Position numbers and translations under genes: made by a program. Below are positions 1 through 8,872 of a stretch of 64,000 bases of DNA, piece after piece. The DNA comes from Xanthobacteraceae bacterium (GTDB lineage Bacteria > Pseudomonadota > Alphaproteobacteria > Rhizobiales > Xanthobacteraceae): NCBI GenBank assembly GCA_030041005.1, contig JASHOR010000094.1, positions 3,064-67,063 of the forward strand, read 5' to 3'. The stretch's first letter is position 1. Each line of letters starts with the position of its first letter. Under the pieces are notes generated by a model. The model made no database searches and was not told the origin of the DNA. It was given only the letters and a program-made list of their open reading frames with translations.

Positions 1-1036
1 CGAACCGGTCGAGCAACCCGCCCGACCAGCGCGACAGGACGGCCATGATGACCGTGAACGGCAGAAAAGCCGCGCCCGCTTGCAGCGCCGAGTAGCCGTC
101 GGCCTGAATGAGGGCGAACGGCAGAAAAAAGAACGCCGCGGCCAGTGCCGCGTAAAGCAAGAAGGTCAGCATGTTGACACTCGAAAACGTTCGCGATCGG
201 AACAGATGAAGCGGCAGCATGGGAGCGCCGCTATGGGCTTCCAGCCATAAGAACGCCCCGCCGACAATCATTCCGCAGGCAAGCGGCGCCAGCACCCTTG
301 GATCGGTCCAGCCAAAATCCGGCGCCACAATCAGCCCGATGCAGATGCCCGCCAGGCCGATGAGCGCCAGCACCGCGCCTGCCCAATCCAAGCCGCCGGA
401 CCGAGGATCGACGCTCTCCGGAACACGCCGGAACGCGATCCATATTGCCGGCAGCGCCAGCAGCGGGTTTATCAGGAAAATCCAGCGCCAACTGAAACCG
501 TCGACGATCCAACCGCCCAAGATCGGCCCGACCGCGGCGGAGATGGCGGAAAAACCCGCCCATGTGCCGATGGCCTTGCCGCGCTCCTCCTCGTCGAACG
601 AAGCGCCAATGAGAGCCAGCGCGCATGGGACGAGAAGCGCCGCGCCGGCGCCCTGAACGGCGCGCGCGGCGATCAACACGGCAACGTTTGGAGACAGGCC
701 GCAAGCCAGCGAAGCCACCGCAAAAATACTGACGCCGACGATAAACATTTTTCGACGGCCAAAACGGTCGGCGGCGGCGCCTCCAATCAGCAGCAACGCC
801 GCAAGACAAAGCGTGTAGGCGTTCACCAGCCACTGAATGATGGCAACCGAAGCCCCCAAATTTTTTTCGATCGCCGGCAGCGCGATGTTGACGACCGATT
901 CATCGATATAGGCGATCGTCGACGCCAGGATGGTGCTGACCAGAACCCACGGTTTTGCGCCGGGGCCGCAAATGCCTGCGGCTGCGGTCGCCCGGATTGT
1001 GCCTTCGTCGCAAGGTGCGGCTTTCGCAGTGATCAC
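1..1036 (-). CDS. MFS transporter, DHA2 (EmrB/QacA-like) family, partial; the C-terminus lies beyond the window edge
   Basis: It is absent from the ORF track because it runs off the window. My own minus-strand translation reads 'VITAKAAPCDEGTIRATAAAGICGPGAKPWVLVSTILASTIAYIDESVVNIALPAIEKNLGASVA...', followed by continuous hydrophobic TM-like sequence. An in-frame TAA lies just upstream of a GTG at 1036. The listed ORFs 219..656(+) and 231..833(-) are shadow frames. Confidence 0.75.
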   Translation of the reverse strand, partial: MITAKAAPCDEGTIRATAAAGICGPGAKPWVLVSTILASTIAYIDESVVNIALPAIEKNLGASVAIIQWLVNAYTLCLAALLLIGGAAADRFGRRKMFIVGVSIFAVASLACGLSPNVAVLIAARAVQGAGAALLVPCALALIGASFDEEERGKAIGTWAGFSAISAAVGPILGGWIVDGFSWRWIFLINPLLALPAIWIAFRRVPESVDPRSGGLDWAGAVLALIGLAGICIGLIVAPDFGWTDPRVLAPLACGMIVGGAFLWLEAHSGAPMLPLHLFRSRTFSSVNMLTFLLYAALAAAFFFLPFALIQADGYSALQAGAAFLPFTVIMAVLSRWSGGLLDRF

Positions 1037-1268
1037 CGGCTTTCTCCAGGCCGCCGCTTATTTTGGACGAAACCGATCATGCGGCGCGTGCGAGCGTGCC
1101 CGCAGGCGCCATGGCAGTTTCGGGGACGTTCGCTTGATGAGCTTGCGGCTTGGGGCGGCATTGATTCGGCTTGGGGAGGCAGGACGACGTCGAAGGCCTC
1201 TTTTTTCGGACATGCGGCGCTCGGGATCGAACAAAGTCAGGATTACTTGAAGAGACGTATTCGTTGAA

Positions 1269-2036
1269 ATGCGGCATGATATCGTCATCTTGGCCGGCAA
1301 GACTTCCTGGACCTGGGCTTTAGCGAACGCGCTTCGCAGCCACTTCCATGAGGTGCCGATCATTTTGGAGGAACAGCAATCCGTTGTTCCGCTCTTGCGC
1401 CGTCGCATCCGCCGACTAGGCCTTTTTACAGTTGCAGGTCAAATTGCATTTGGCGTATTCGCGAAAGGGGTGCGGCTTCGATATCGTCGGCGGCAGAAAA
1501 CCATTCTGGCTCGCGAAGGCCTGCAGGTGACGCGGCTCCGCACCGGCGTCGTGTCGATTTCGTCGGTCAATGATGATCGGACCATCGAAATACTTCAGAG
1601 CATGGCCCCGAAAGTCGTGGTCGTGTCACAAACGGCTATCCTGTCGCGAAGGGTTCTTGATTGCATTCCTGCGATTTTTCTCAACATTCATACCGGGATC
1701 ACACCGCAGTACCGCGGCCTTCACGGCGCCTACTGGGCCTTGGTCAACGACGACGCCGAAAACTGCGGCGTGACGGTGCACGTTGTCGATGCGGGCGTGG
1801 ACACCGGGCCCGTGATTGCCCAGGCCCGTATCAGTCCATCGCCGGCTGACAGCTATTTTACCTACCATTGGCTTCAGCTTGCGGCGGCGTTACCTCTGCT
1901 GATCTGCGCCGTGCAAGCTGCGCTTGCAGGCCGGCTCGCGACGATCGAACCGAAGCGGGGTGTCAGCTCGCGACAATATTATCATCCAACGCTGTGGGGC
2001 TATCTCTGGACGGGGTTGCGACGAGGGGTGTGGTAA
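1269..2036 (+). CDS. Formyltransferase-family protein (Fmt/PurN-like N-terminal fold)
   Basis: The 255 aa product contains 'NIHTGITPQYRGLHGAYWALVNDDAENCGVTVHVVDAGVDTGPVIAQ', the typical formyl-transferase catalytic core (N..H..D pattern). Confidence 0.7.
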   Translation: MRHDIVILAGKTSWTWALANALRSHFHEVPIILEEQQSVVPLLRRRIRRLGLFTVAGQIAFGVFAKGVRLRYRRRQKTILAREGLQVTRLRTGVVSISSVNDDRTIEILQSMAPKVVVVSQTAILSRRVLDCIPAIFLNIHTGITPQYRGLHGAYWALVNDDAENCGVTVHVVDAGVDTGPVIAQARISPSPADSYFTYHWLQLAAALPLLICAVQAALAGRLATIEPKRGVSSRQYYHPTLWGYLWTGLRRGVW

Positions 2037-2946
2037 CGCGATGGCGCACACCGTTCGCCGCAAGTCCCGTTCGACATCAGGATTACAAAAAACAAGGGAT
2101 TATGAAAATCAGATCAAGGCACGGCGCAGAGAGCGCAACCACGCAGGCGGCCTGCTGCCTTGTCACCCCCCACCCCCGGCGGAGATCGTGACCATGGGAA
2201 TCTGTGGAATCGAGCGCGATTCCGTCAGGGAGGCGAAGACCATGAGGAAAATGAAATCGAGCTTCGAGCGTAAATCGTTATTGTCGATCCAGAAGCAGTG
2301 ATCCTGGTAATACACCACGGCATAGGCATCGGCCGGCGGCGGCCCCGCAACGCCGCTTCATCTGGTCCGCTTGGAACGGAGGTCCGCGCTCTGGTCAGGC
2401 CGGCGGTTTGCTTGACATCGCGATCACAGGACAAAGCAGGTCAATCGCCCTCATTGACCGAGATCAATGCGGCAGCGCCTTCGCCCTCAGAATCTCCGTT
2501 CAAACTTACAATAGCGAGACTGCTCGTGACCGACCAAAGCTTTAATCGAAAATTGATCGGCTCCGTCGTGGCCGGAGTTATCATCATTGTTCTTGCAGCG
2601 TACGTTCTCGCCCAGGTCGTCCGCACGACCAGCCACGAGCCAACGCAAAACTCCACTGGCACGATCACTAACAGGCAACCATGAATACCCATTGAGATAC
2701 CCATCGACGGTTCCAAACGGAGAATTGCCGGGCCGGGTCAAAGACTCAGCGGTCGACGAGCGGTATCGAGGCGCACGCTATCGGCGACCGTGGGAGACAC
2801 GTGCCTGTTTACGCCAATAATCGACAAGTTCCGCTAAAAACTGAAAAGTGAGGACGAAAACGAAACAGTCCGTGGGTTGTTTCCCCCCTGGATGAGCGGG
2901 CTCGAAGTTTTGAGCGCGGGGCTCGAAGTTCAGGAAGGGGAACCCC

Positions 2947-3270
2947 ATGACCACGCTAAAAACCGCAATGCTGGCCGTCGTCTTGATCGCAGGCGGAACA
3001 TCGCTCGCCATGGCGCAAAACGGTCCTGCCGGCGGCGAAAACGGCAACAACAACGGCATGCCGCCCAGCAGCTATCAAGGACCCGGCTCGATGCCGATGT
3101 ACCCGTCATCACAGTTCCAGGGTAACCAGGGCAATCCTACTCTCTACGATAGAGGCAATGGCGCATCCGGTGGCGGCGCATCCGGTGGCGAAAACGGCAA
3201 CAACGGCATGCCCCCAAGCGGCTATCAAGGACCGGGCGCGATGCCGACATACCCTGGCTCTGGTCAGTGA
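2947..3270 (+). CDS. Small secreted Gly/Asn/Pro-rich protein with an internal duplication
   Basis: The signal peptide is 'MTTLKTAMLAVVLIAGGTSLAMA'. The mature part holds two copies of 'GGENGNN(N)GMPPS(S/G)YQGPG(S/A)MP(M/T)YP'. A 'ggaagggg' SD-like stretch sits upstream of the ATG. Confidence 0.6.
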   Translation: MTTLKTAMLAVVLIAGGTSLAMAQNGPAGGENGNNNGMPPSSYQGPGSMPMYPSSQFQGNQGNPTLYDRGNGASGGGASGGENGNNGMPPSGYQGPGAMPTYPGSGQ

Positions 3271-3366
3271 GCCGAAGAACGTCACCGTCACACGTCTGTT
3301 CCCAAGATCGAAACGCTCCACCGCATGTCATGTCTTGCGTTCGCGGTGGCAGCGTTCCGATTCTGT

Positions 3367-3519
3367 CTAGTGTGGCGGTTCAGAAGTCCGCATCATTCCT
3401 GCCGCGACCTCGTCATGCGGAGTTCTGAACCAAAGCCACAAGCGGCTGCAGTTCGCATCATTATGCGGCACCCTCGTTTGCCGCTTTCGGCCCGATCCGC
3501 GGGCTTGGTCCTTCGATAG
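3367..3519. repeat. CTAG-bounded hairpin module type A followed by a degenerate type B module
   Basis: 'ctagtgtggcggttcagaagtccgcatcattcctgccgcgacctcgtcatgcggagttctgaaccaaagccaca' is near-identical to copies at 31166-31243 (opposite orientation) and 58544-58617. It is followed by 'gcagttcgcatcattatgcggcaccctcgtttgcc...', which resembles the B modules. Confidence 0.75.
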
Positions 3520-3556
3520 ACCAACTCAAGCAGCGGGCTCGCGGCACTGCAAATCA

Positions 3557-3778
3557 TCACCAGGTATCCGGTGGCGCACAAGGGCCGGGCCCTGTGCAAA
3601 TGTTACTGCAAAGCGGAGTGTGAATCGGCGAACACCCGCCACCAGGGGTGTCAGGGATCACATCATAGATCTCCGGATCGAGACGGGTGACGCGATGATG
3701 CCTGGTCGCCGCCGATGCCGGAAAGGCGATGCTGACAACAATCGCGGCGGCAAGCGCAACTTTTGCCGTGCTGGACAT
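3557..3778 (-). CDS. Small secreted His/Cys-containing protein (73 aa)
   Basis: The signal peptide is 'MSSTAKVALAAAIVVSIAFPASA'. The mature part 'ATRHHRVTRLDPEIYDVIPDTPGGGCSPIHTPLCSNICTGPGPC' resembles the proteins at 40335 and 44323 in its 'RHH...IYD..P' segment. Confidence 0.55.
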   Translation of the reverse strand: MSSTAKVALAAAIVVSIAFPASAATRHHRVTRLDPEIYDVIPDTPGGGCSPIHTPLCSNICTGPGPCAPPDTW

Positions 3779-4051
3779 TTTCGCATCTCCCGGTCGGGCT
3801 TTGCGGCAAATTGGCTGGCGGTCGCCAACTTCAAGTGTCGCTGCATAAATTTGGCGTAACGATCATTTCCGCCTCTTTCGCTTTCGGCGCGGCGCCAAAC
3901 GCATTCAATGAAAAGGGGTGATTCAAAAATAAGCTGTCAAGCCTTCGGTTCGCGGAGGTACGCGAAACGGATCGGCGCGCGCCAATTTTCTGCAGGGCGT
4001 TCGCGAGTGGACGACGCCCTGCAGATGAATGGCACCCGTCAGCAGCCGATG

Positions 4052-4480
4052 TCAGCAGCCGATGATCGAGTATCCGCAAAAGCCGTAGTTCTTGCCGTAG
4101 AGATAGGATATCGCCGCCTCTCCGGCAACGAAGTGGACGCTGTGATTGGAGTTCGCAATGATGGATCCCCACGGCAGCGCATTGCCCGGCGCATAATTGT
4201 AGAGTGCAGCGCCGGCCCCGTAGGCAGGGGCATAATCGTAGAGCGCAGCGCCGGCCCCGTAGCCTGGCGCATAATCGTAGAGCGCAGCGCCGGCCCCATA
4301 GCCTGGCGCATAATCGTAGAGTCCGGGACCGGACACATAGCCTGGCGCATAATCATAGTACGAGCCCACTTGGGCCGTCGCCGGCGTTACGAGGGCGGAG
4401 TTCCCGACTGCGAGCGCGGCAACGACGGTTGCCGCCAACGCATAACGGTTCAGCATGTTTTTGTTCATGGCCATTCCCAT
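4052..4480 (-). CDS. Secreted Tyr-rich tandem-repeat protein
   Basis: The listed ORF 4052..4663 is probably N-terminally over-extended. Internal Met codons at 4480/4474/4468 precede the signal peptide 'MNKNMLNRYALAATVVAALAVGNSALVTPATA'. The mature part carries repeats of 'LYDYAPGYGAGAA'. Confidence 0.65.
   Translation of the reverse strand: MGMAMNKNMLNRYALAATVVAALAVGNSALVTPATAQVGSYYDYAPGYVSGPGLYDYAPGYGAGAALYDYAPGYGAGAALYDYAPAYGAGAALYNYAPGNALPWGSIIANSNHSVHFVAGEAAISYLYGKNYGFCGYSIIGC
4189..4361. repeat. 39-bp in-frame tandem repeat, about 4.4 copies, inside the CDS 4052-4480
   Basis: The unit 'ggcgcataatcgtagagcgcagcgccggccccgtagcct' repeats head to tail at 4189, 4228, 4267, 4306 and, as a partial copy, 4345. 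Confidence 0.9.
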
Positions 4481-4912
4481 TTGTTGCGGAGGGCGAACCC
4501 ATTTGTTGCAGAGGACGAGATTATGCCGGTCGCGTTGAGAGATGACTTGTCCTTTGTTGCTTTGATTTGCGGATTTTGCGTGAATTTCTACGACACAAAG
4601 ACGGGCCGCGCGTTTGGGCGCGAGGCGACGGTATAATTTCACCGTTGGTGACGGCGCGATCAAACTCGGGCGCGGAGTCCGCTTAAGCCGCGTTGTTCAA
4701 TCAGGGTTCGACCTGCATCTGAAACGAGGACCCGAACTCGCGCCAAGAATCGACATAAAGCAACGGCGTGAAAGCTGTCCGCGTAAACCTTGGTGAAAAT
4801 ACGCATCGAGCCGGCGCGGCGCACCTGGTTCCCGTCTGCAACCGCGCGCGCCGGCAGAGCGGAACGATCCATCGGTCGAGGGTCGGCAGGCTGCTCAGGA
4901 AAGTTCCAATGA

Positions 4913-5317
4913 ATGAGACGAGATAAAGCGACGGACAATCTGACCAATCTCGAGGCCCAGCTCGGCGACTACGTGAATGTCGGCGTGAACACCATCGCCG
5001 TCATCGATGCCGATTCATTCTGGCTCGGCGGATATTTCGAGGAACCCAATCTCGCCAGGATTCACGTCGGCGATCCCGCCCTGATCCGCCTGATGGGCTA
5101 CCGGCAGACCATTCACGGCCACGTCGGCAGCATCGCGCACGGCATCAACGTACAGAATGCCCAGCCCAACCAGCAGGGGCTGGCAACGGTCAACCCGATC
5201 TTCACCTGGGTTCGCCTCGCGCAGCGCGTGCCTGTGCAAATCCGCATTGACGACGTTCCGCACGGCGTTCAGCTTGTCGCCGGAATGACCGCCACCGTCC
5301 AGATCGATCCTCGATGA
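4913..5317 (+). pseudogene. Truncated HlyD/EmrA-family membrane-fusion protein, C-terminal barrel fragment only
   Basis: The 134 aa product reads 'GDYVNVGVNTIAVIDADSFWLGGYFEEPNLARIHVGDPALIRL...NPIFTWVRLAQRVPVQIRIDDVP', which corresponds to the last third of roughly 350-400 aa HlyD-family proteins. An in-frame TGA lies immediately upstream (4910-4912). I found no recognisable N-terminal or coiled-coil part in any frame of 4620-4912. Confidence 0.6.
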
Positions 5318-5527
5318 GGTCAAGCGCAACAAAAACGATGCGGTTGACGTTGAAGCGGCGTGCGGGGCGGTACGCCAAGTTGCTTTGGACTGTCCGTTGC
5401 CCCCCATGCGGCACGTCCGCATGAGAAGGCTCGCATTTATCGGAACCAGAGGGAGGTAAAGGCTCTTTTCGAGACGCTGAACGATATTATGTAGATTCCG
5501 GAGTCCTTAACGGTCGTATTGCACGCC

Positions 5528-7786
5528 ATGGCGTTCAAGGTTGAGGTTGGCCCGCCGCAGATTGCCATCCACCAGGGGCAGACAGTCCTTGTCACCGAGC
5601 AGGATGGGCAGATCAGCTCGCCGAGCGACAAAGGTCTGTATTTCCTCGACACGCGGATCATCAGCAGTTGGTGCATCTACGCAAACGGCGAACCCTGGGA
5701 GCTCTTGAACGGCGGTGCGGTCAACTATTACGCCGCACGTATCTTCCTGACCAACAAACCTATCCTCACCGCGGAGGGCACGATCCCGCCGCGCACTCTC
5801 GGCCTCACCATCAGCCGATCGGTCAGCGGCGGCGTCCACGAAGATCTCGACATCACCAACAACAACGTGAAGCCGGTGCGGTTCCAGCTCGAGATCTCGT
5901 TGCGGTGCGACTTTGCCGACATCTTCGAGGTCAAGTCGGGTCGCATCGTCCGCCGTGGACAGATCACGACGCGATGGTCCGAAGCGCGACAACGGCTCCA
6001 GACCGCGTATGCGAACCGGGATTTTCACCGCGCCGTGGCCGTATCCGTCTCTCGCGCTCCCTGCAAGGCTGTCTCCGCCAACGGGCGGCTCAGCTTCGAG
6101 GTGGCGCTTGGGCCGAGTGAGGCCTGGCACGCTTGCTTGCTCTACACGCTCGAGGATGGCGGGCGACGCTGGCACGCACCAGACGATTGCGTGGAGCAGG
6201 GTCATGACTCTCCCCACGCCGAGACGATGGCGGAATGGCTCAACGCCGTGGCCAAGATCCAAACCAGCAACGAGGAATTCTACCGGCTGTTCCACCGAGC
6301 GCTGGAGGACATGGCTGCGCTTCGTCTGCCCATCAAGGGCACCGACCAGGTTGTTTTTCTGCCTGCTGCCGGCCTGCCCTGGTTCGTCGCTCCGTTCGGG
6401 CGCGACAGCCTCATCGTGTCGCTGCAGAACATCTTGATCCATCCGGAATTCGCCCGTGGCGCTTTGGAAGTCCTCGGCGCTTTGCAGGCCACCGAGGACG
6501 ACCCCTACCGCGATGCCGAGCCCGGCAAGATCCTGCATGAAATGCGCTATGGCGAGCTCGCCCATTTCAAGCTGATCCCGCACACGCCGTATTACGGCAC
6601 TGCGGATGCCACGCCGCTCTATTTGATTACCCTGCACGCGGCTTGGCGCGCGACCGGCAACAAAACGCTGCTGGAGCACTACCTGCCGACGGCCGAACGC
6701 TGCCTCGTCTGGATCGACAAATACGGCGACCGCGACGGCGATGGATTTCAGGAATATCAGACGCGATCGCCCGCCGGCTACGAGAACATGGGTTGGAAGG
6801 ATTCGAGCGATGCGGTCATGTACCCCGACGGCTCACTGGTAAAGGGTCCCAAGGCGCTTTGCGAGCTTCAGGGCTACGTTTATCACGCCTGGATTTGCAT
6901 GGCGGAGGTCTTCGATGCCCTCGGCAAGGCCGGCCGGGCGAACGAGTTGCGCGCCAAGGCGGCCGCATTGTTCGCGCGCTTCAATGAAGCGTTCTGGGAC
7001 GAAGAACTCGGATTTTATGCCTACGCACTCGATGGAGAGAAGAGAAAAGTCCTGACCATCGCATCCAATGCCGGGCATTGCCTGACGTCCGGCATAGTGC
7101 CGCGCGAGCGCGCAAAGAAGGTCGTGGACCGGCTGATGGCGCGGGACATGTGGACGGGGTGGGGCATTCGAACGCTGTCCACCGAAAACCCGGCATTTAA
7201 TCCATACAATTACCAGACAGGCTCGGTCTGGCCGCACGACAACGCCCTCATCGCAATGGGTTTCAAATGCTATGGCTTTCATGCGGAGGCGGCGCGGGTC
7301 GCGCATGATGTCAGTTTTGCCGCAAGTCACTTCGCTCTTAATCGCTTGCCGGAACTTTATACCGCGCCCGAGCGCAGTGGATCGAATTTCCCGGTGCAGT
7401 ATCTTGGTGCAAACGTGCCTCAAGCATGGGCGGCCGGCTCGGTCTTCATGCTCACGCAGGCGCTATTAGGGTTCGTACCGGACGCGCCGCGCAACAAGCT
7501 CTATGTCGACCCCTCCCTTCCCGCTTGGCTGCCCGACCTCACCGTACGTGATCTTCGCGTCGGTGAGCAGAAGCTCGACATTCGCTTCTGGCGCGAGGGT
7601 GGGGACACGGCATTCGATGTGACCAAAGGAGACCCCAACCTGGTCGAGCGTCGCGAGATCGCACAGAGTGCTCCGCACCTGAGAACCGCCTATGATTTTG
7701 CCAAAGCGCCTCTGGCGCCCGCGGAGGATGACGGCAAAAGTGAACGAGGCGAAAGAACGGCCGATCGCCTACCCTCCCGCGCCTGA
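5528..7786 (+). CDS. Amylo-alpha-1,6-glucosidase / glycogen-debranching-enzyme-like protein (GDE_N_bis + GDE_C architecture)
   Basis: The roughly 750 aa product contains 'LPAAGLPWFVAPFGRDSLIVS', 'EPGKILHEMRYGE', 'YYGTADATPLY' and 'WGIRTLS...YNYQTGSVWPHDNA', the typical six-hairpin glucosidase motifs of bacterial GDE-like proteins. The start could be the TTG at 5519 or the ATG at 5528. Confidence 0.8.
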   Translation: MAFKVEVGPPQIAIHQGQTVLVTEQDGQISSPSDKGLYFLDTRIISSWCIYANGEPWELLNGGAVNYYAARIFLTNKPILTAEGTIPPRTLGLTISRSVSGGVHEDLDITNNNVKPVRFQLEISLRCDFADIFEVKSGRIVRRGQITTRWSEARQRLQTAYANRDFHRAVAVSVSRAPCKAVSANGRLSFEVALGPSEAWHACLLYTLEDGGRRWHAPDDCVEQGHDSPHAETMAEWLNAVAKIQTSNEEFYRLFHRALEDMAALRLPIKGTDQVVFLPAAGLPWFVAPFGRDSLIVSLQNILIHPEFARGALEVLGALQATEDDPYRDAEPGKILHEMRYGELAHFKLIPHTPYYGTADATPLYLITLHAAWRATGNKTLLEHYLPTAERCLVWIDKYGDRDGDGFQEYQTRSPAGYENMGWKDSSDAVMYPDGSLVKGPKALCELQGYVYHAWICMAEVFDALGKAGRANELRAKAAALFARFNEAFWDEELGFYAYALDGEKRKVLTIASNAGHCLTSGIVPRERAKKVVDRLMARDMWTGWGIRTLSTENPAFNPYNYQTGSVWPHDNALIAMGFKCYGFHAEAARVAHDVSFAASHFALNRLPELYTAPERSGSNFPVQYLGANVPQAWAAGSVFMLTQALLGFVPDAPRNKLYVDPSLPAWLPDLTVRDLRVGEQKLDIRFWREGGDTAFDVTKGDPNLVERREIAQSAPHLRTAYDFAKAPLAPAEDDGKSERGERTADRLPSRA

Positions 7787-7995
7787 TCGCAGCCAACCGA
7801 GCCGGATTTATCCGTTCCTTTCACGCAAAATCCGACAAGATCGTGAAATACGGCAATTGATCTGACCACTTAAGAGGAGCAATCTGCGAAAGGAACAGTG
7901 CCAACCCCGTCGGGTTTTGTCTGGACGCGGACTCCTCGGCCGGCGACGCCGCCTCCCCCGACCAGGACGGACCGGAGGCAGTCCGCAAATCAAAT

Positions 7996-8088
7996 CTGCG
8001 GGAACCCTGTCATTGACGGGAACTCTTTTGGAGGCCTGCCGATTGGCTACGCGATCCGCTGCGGGAACTCTTCTCGTTGACGGGAACT
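7996..8088 (+). promoter_or_regulatory. Two copies of a roughly 30 bp direct repeat (four GGAAC cores) upstream of the HAD-tal operon
   Basis: The copies are 'ctgcgggaaccctgtcattgacgggaactc' (7996-8025) and 'ctgcgggaactcttctcgttgacgggaactc' (8058-8088). They lie 75-165 nt upstream of the ATG at 8162. The repeat itself is certain, but a regulatory role is inferred. Confidence 0.4.
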
Positions 8089-8161
8089 CCTCGGAAAACC
8101 TTGCCGGCTTCCTTTACGGGGACGCCGGCTTACGCCGTAAACATCGTTGCTCGAGTTCTCA

Positions 8162-8872
8162 ATGGTACGGGTCCATCCGATTGTCTTCCTGGTAGACGTC
8201 GATAACACGCTGCTCGACAACGACAGCGTACAGCAGGATTTGAGGGACCACATCGAGCGCTCCTACGGAGCGGACGCCCGCGATCGCTACTGGAAGATTC
8301 TGGAAGATCTGTTCTCGGAACTCGGCTACCGCGACTACCTGGGAGCCTTGCAGCGCTTCCGCGTCGAGCATCCGCTCGAAGTGGAGCTTCTGTCGATGTC
8401 GGCCTTCCTGATCGACTATCCGTTCGCCGGCCGGCTGTACCCATCCGCTCTCAAGGTATTGAGGCGGCTGAAGGGCTCGGGACAGACCGTCATCCTGTCC
8501 GATGGCGACGTCGTCTTTCAGCCGCGCAAAGTCGAACGGGCGGGCCTTTCCGCTGCGGTCGACGGACGTGTCCTCATCTACATCCATAAGGAAGAGGCGC
8601 TCGATGACGTCGAGCGGCGTTTCCCTGCCGAACACTACGTGCTTATCGACGACAAGCCGCGCATCTTGGCGGCGGTTAAGCGCATCTGGAGAGACCGCGT
8701 CACGGCCGTTTGGGTGCGGCAGGGCAGCTACGCTCGCGATGCGCAAACGGCCGGCGACCTGCCGCCGGCTGATGTTGCGATCGAACGCATCGGCGATCTT
8801 CTTAAGTTTGACCTGCCGCGATTGCGACCGATGCCGCCAGTATCTCAATCAAAGTTGGAGCCGGCGCGATGA
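8162..8872 (+). CDS. HAD-superfamily hydrolase
   Basis: It carries 'VFLVDVDNTLLDN' (HAD motif I, DxDxT), 'VILSDGD' (motif II) and 'YVLIDDKP' (motif IV). The stop overlaps the tal start as ATGA at 8869-8872. Confidence 0.75.
   Translation: MVRVHPIVFLVDVDNTLLDNDSVQQDLRDHIERSYGADARDRYWKILEDLFSELGYRDYLGALQRFRVEHPLEVELLSMSAFLIDYPFAGRLYPSALKVLRRLKGSGQTVILSDGDVVFQPRKVERAGLSAAVDGRVLIYIHKEEALDDVERRFPAEHYVLIDDKPRILAAVKRIWRDRVTAVWVRQGSYARDAQTAGDLPPADVAIERIGDLLKFDLPRLRPMPPVSQSKLEPAR

Noticed and set aside
2298-2684. A 128 aa ORF with one TM-like segment ('LIGSVVAGVIIIVLAAYVLAQVV') in the lower-GC patch after the formyltransferase gene.
   Set aside because: The N-terminal two thirds look non-coding (Arg/Pro/Ser-rich), there is no clear start or SD for a shorter version, and no motif is present. 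I left it uncalled.
5507-6679. A 390 aa minus-strand ORF.
   Set aside because: It is antisense to the GDE-like glucosidase gene. It is a shadow ORF.
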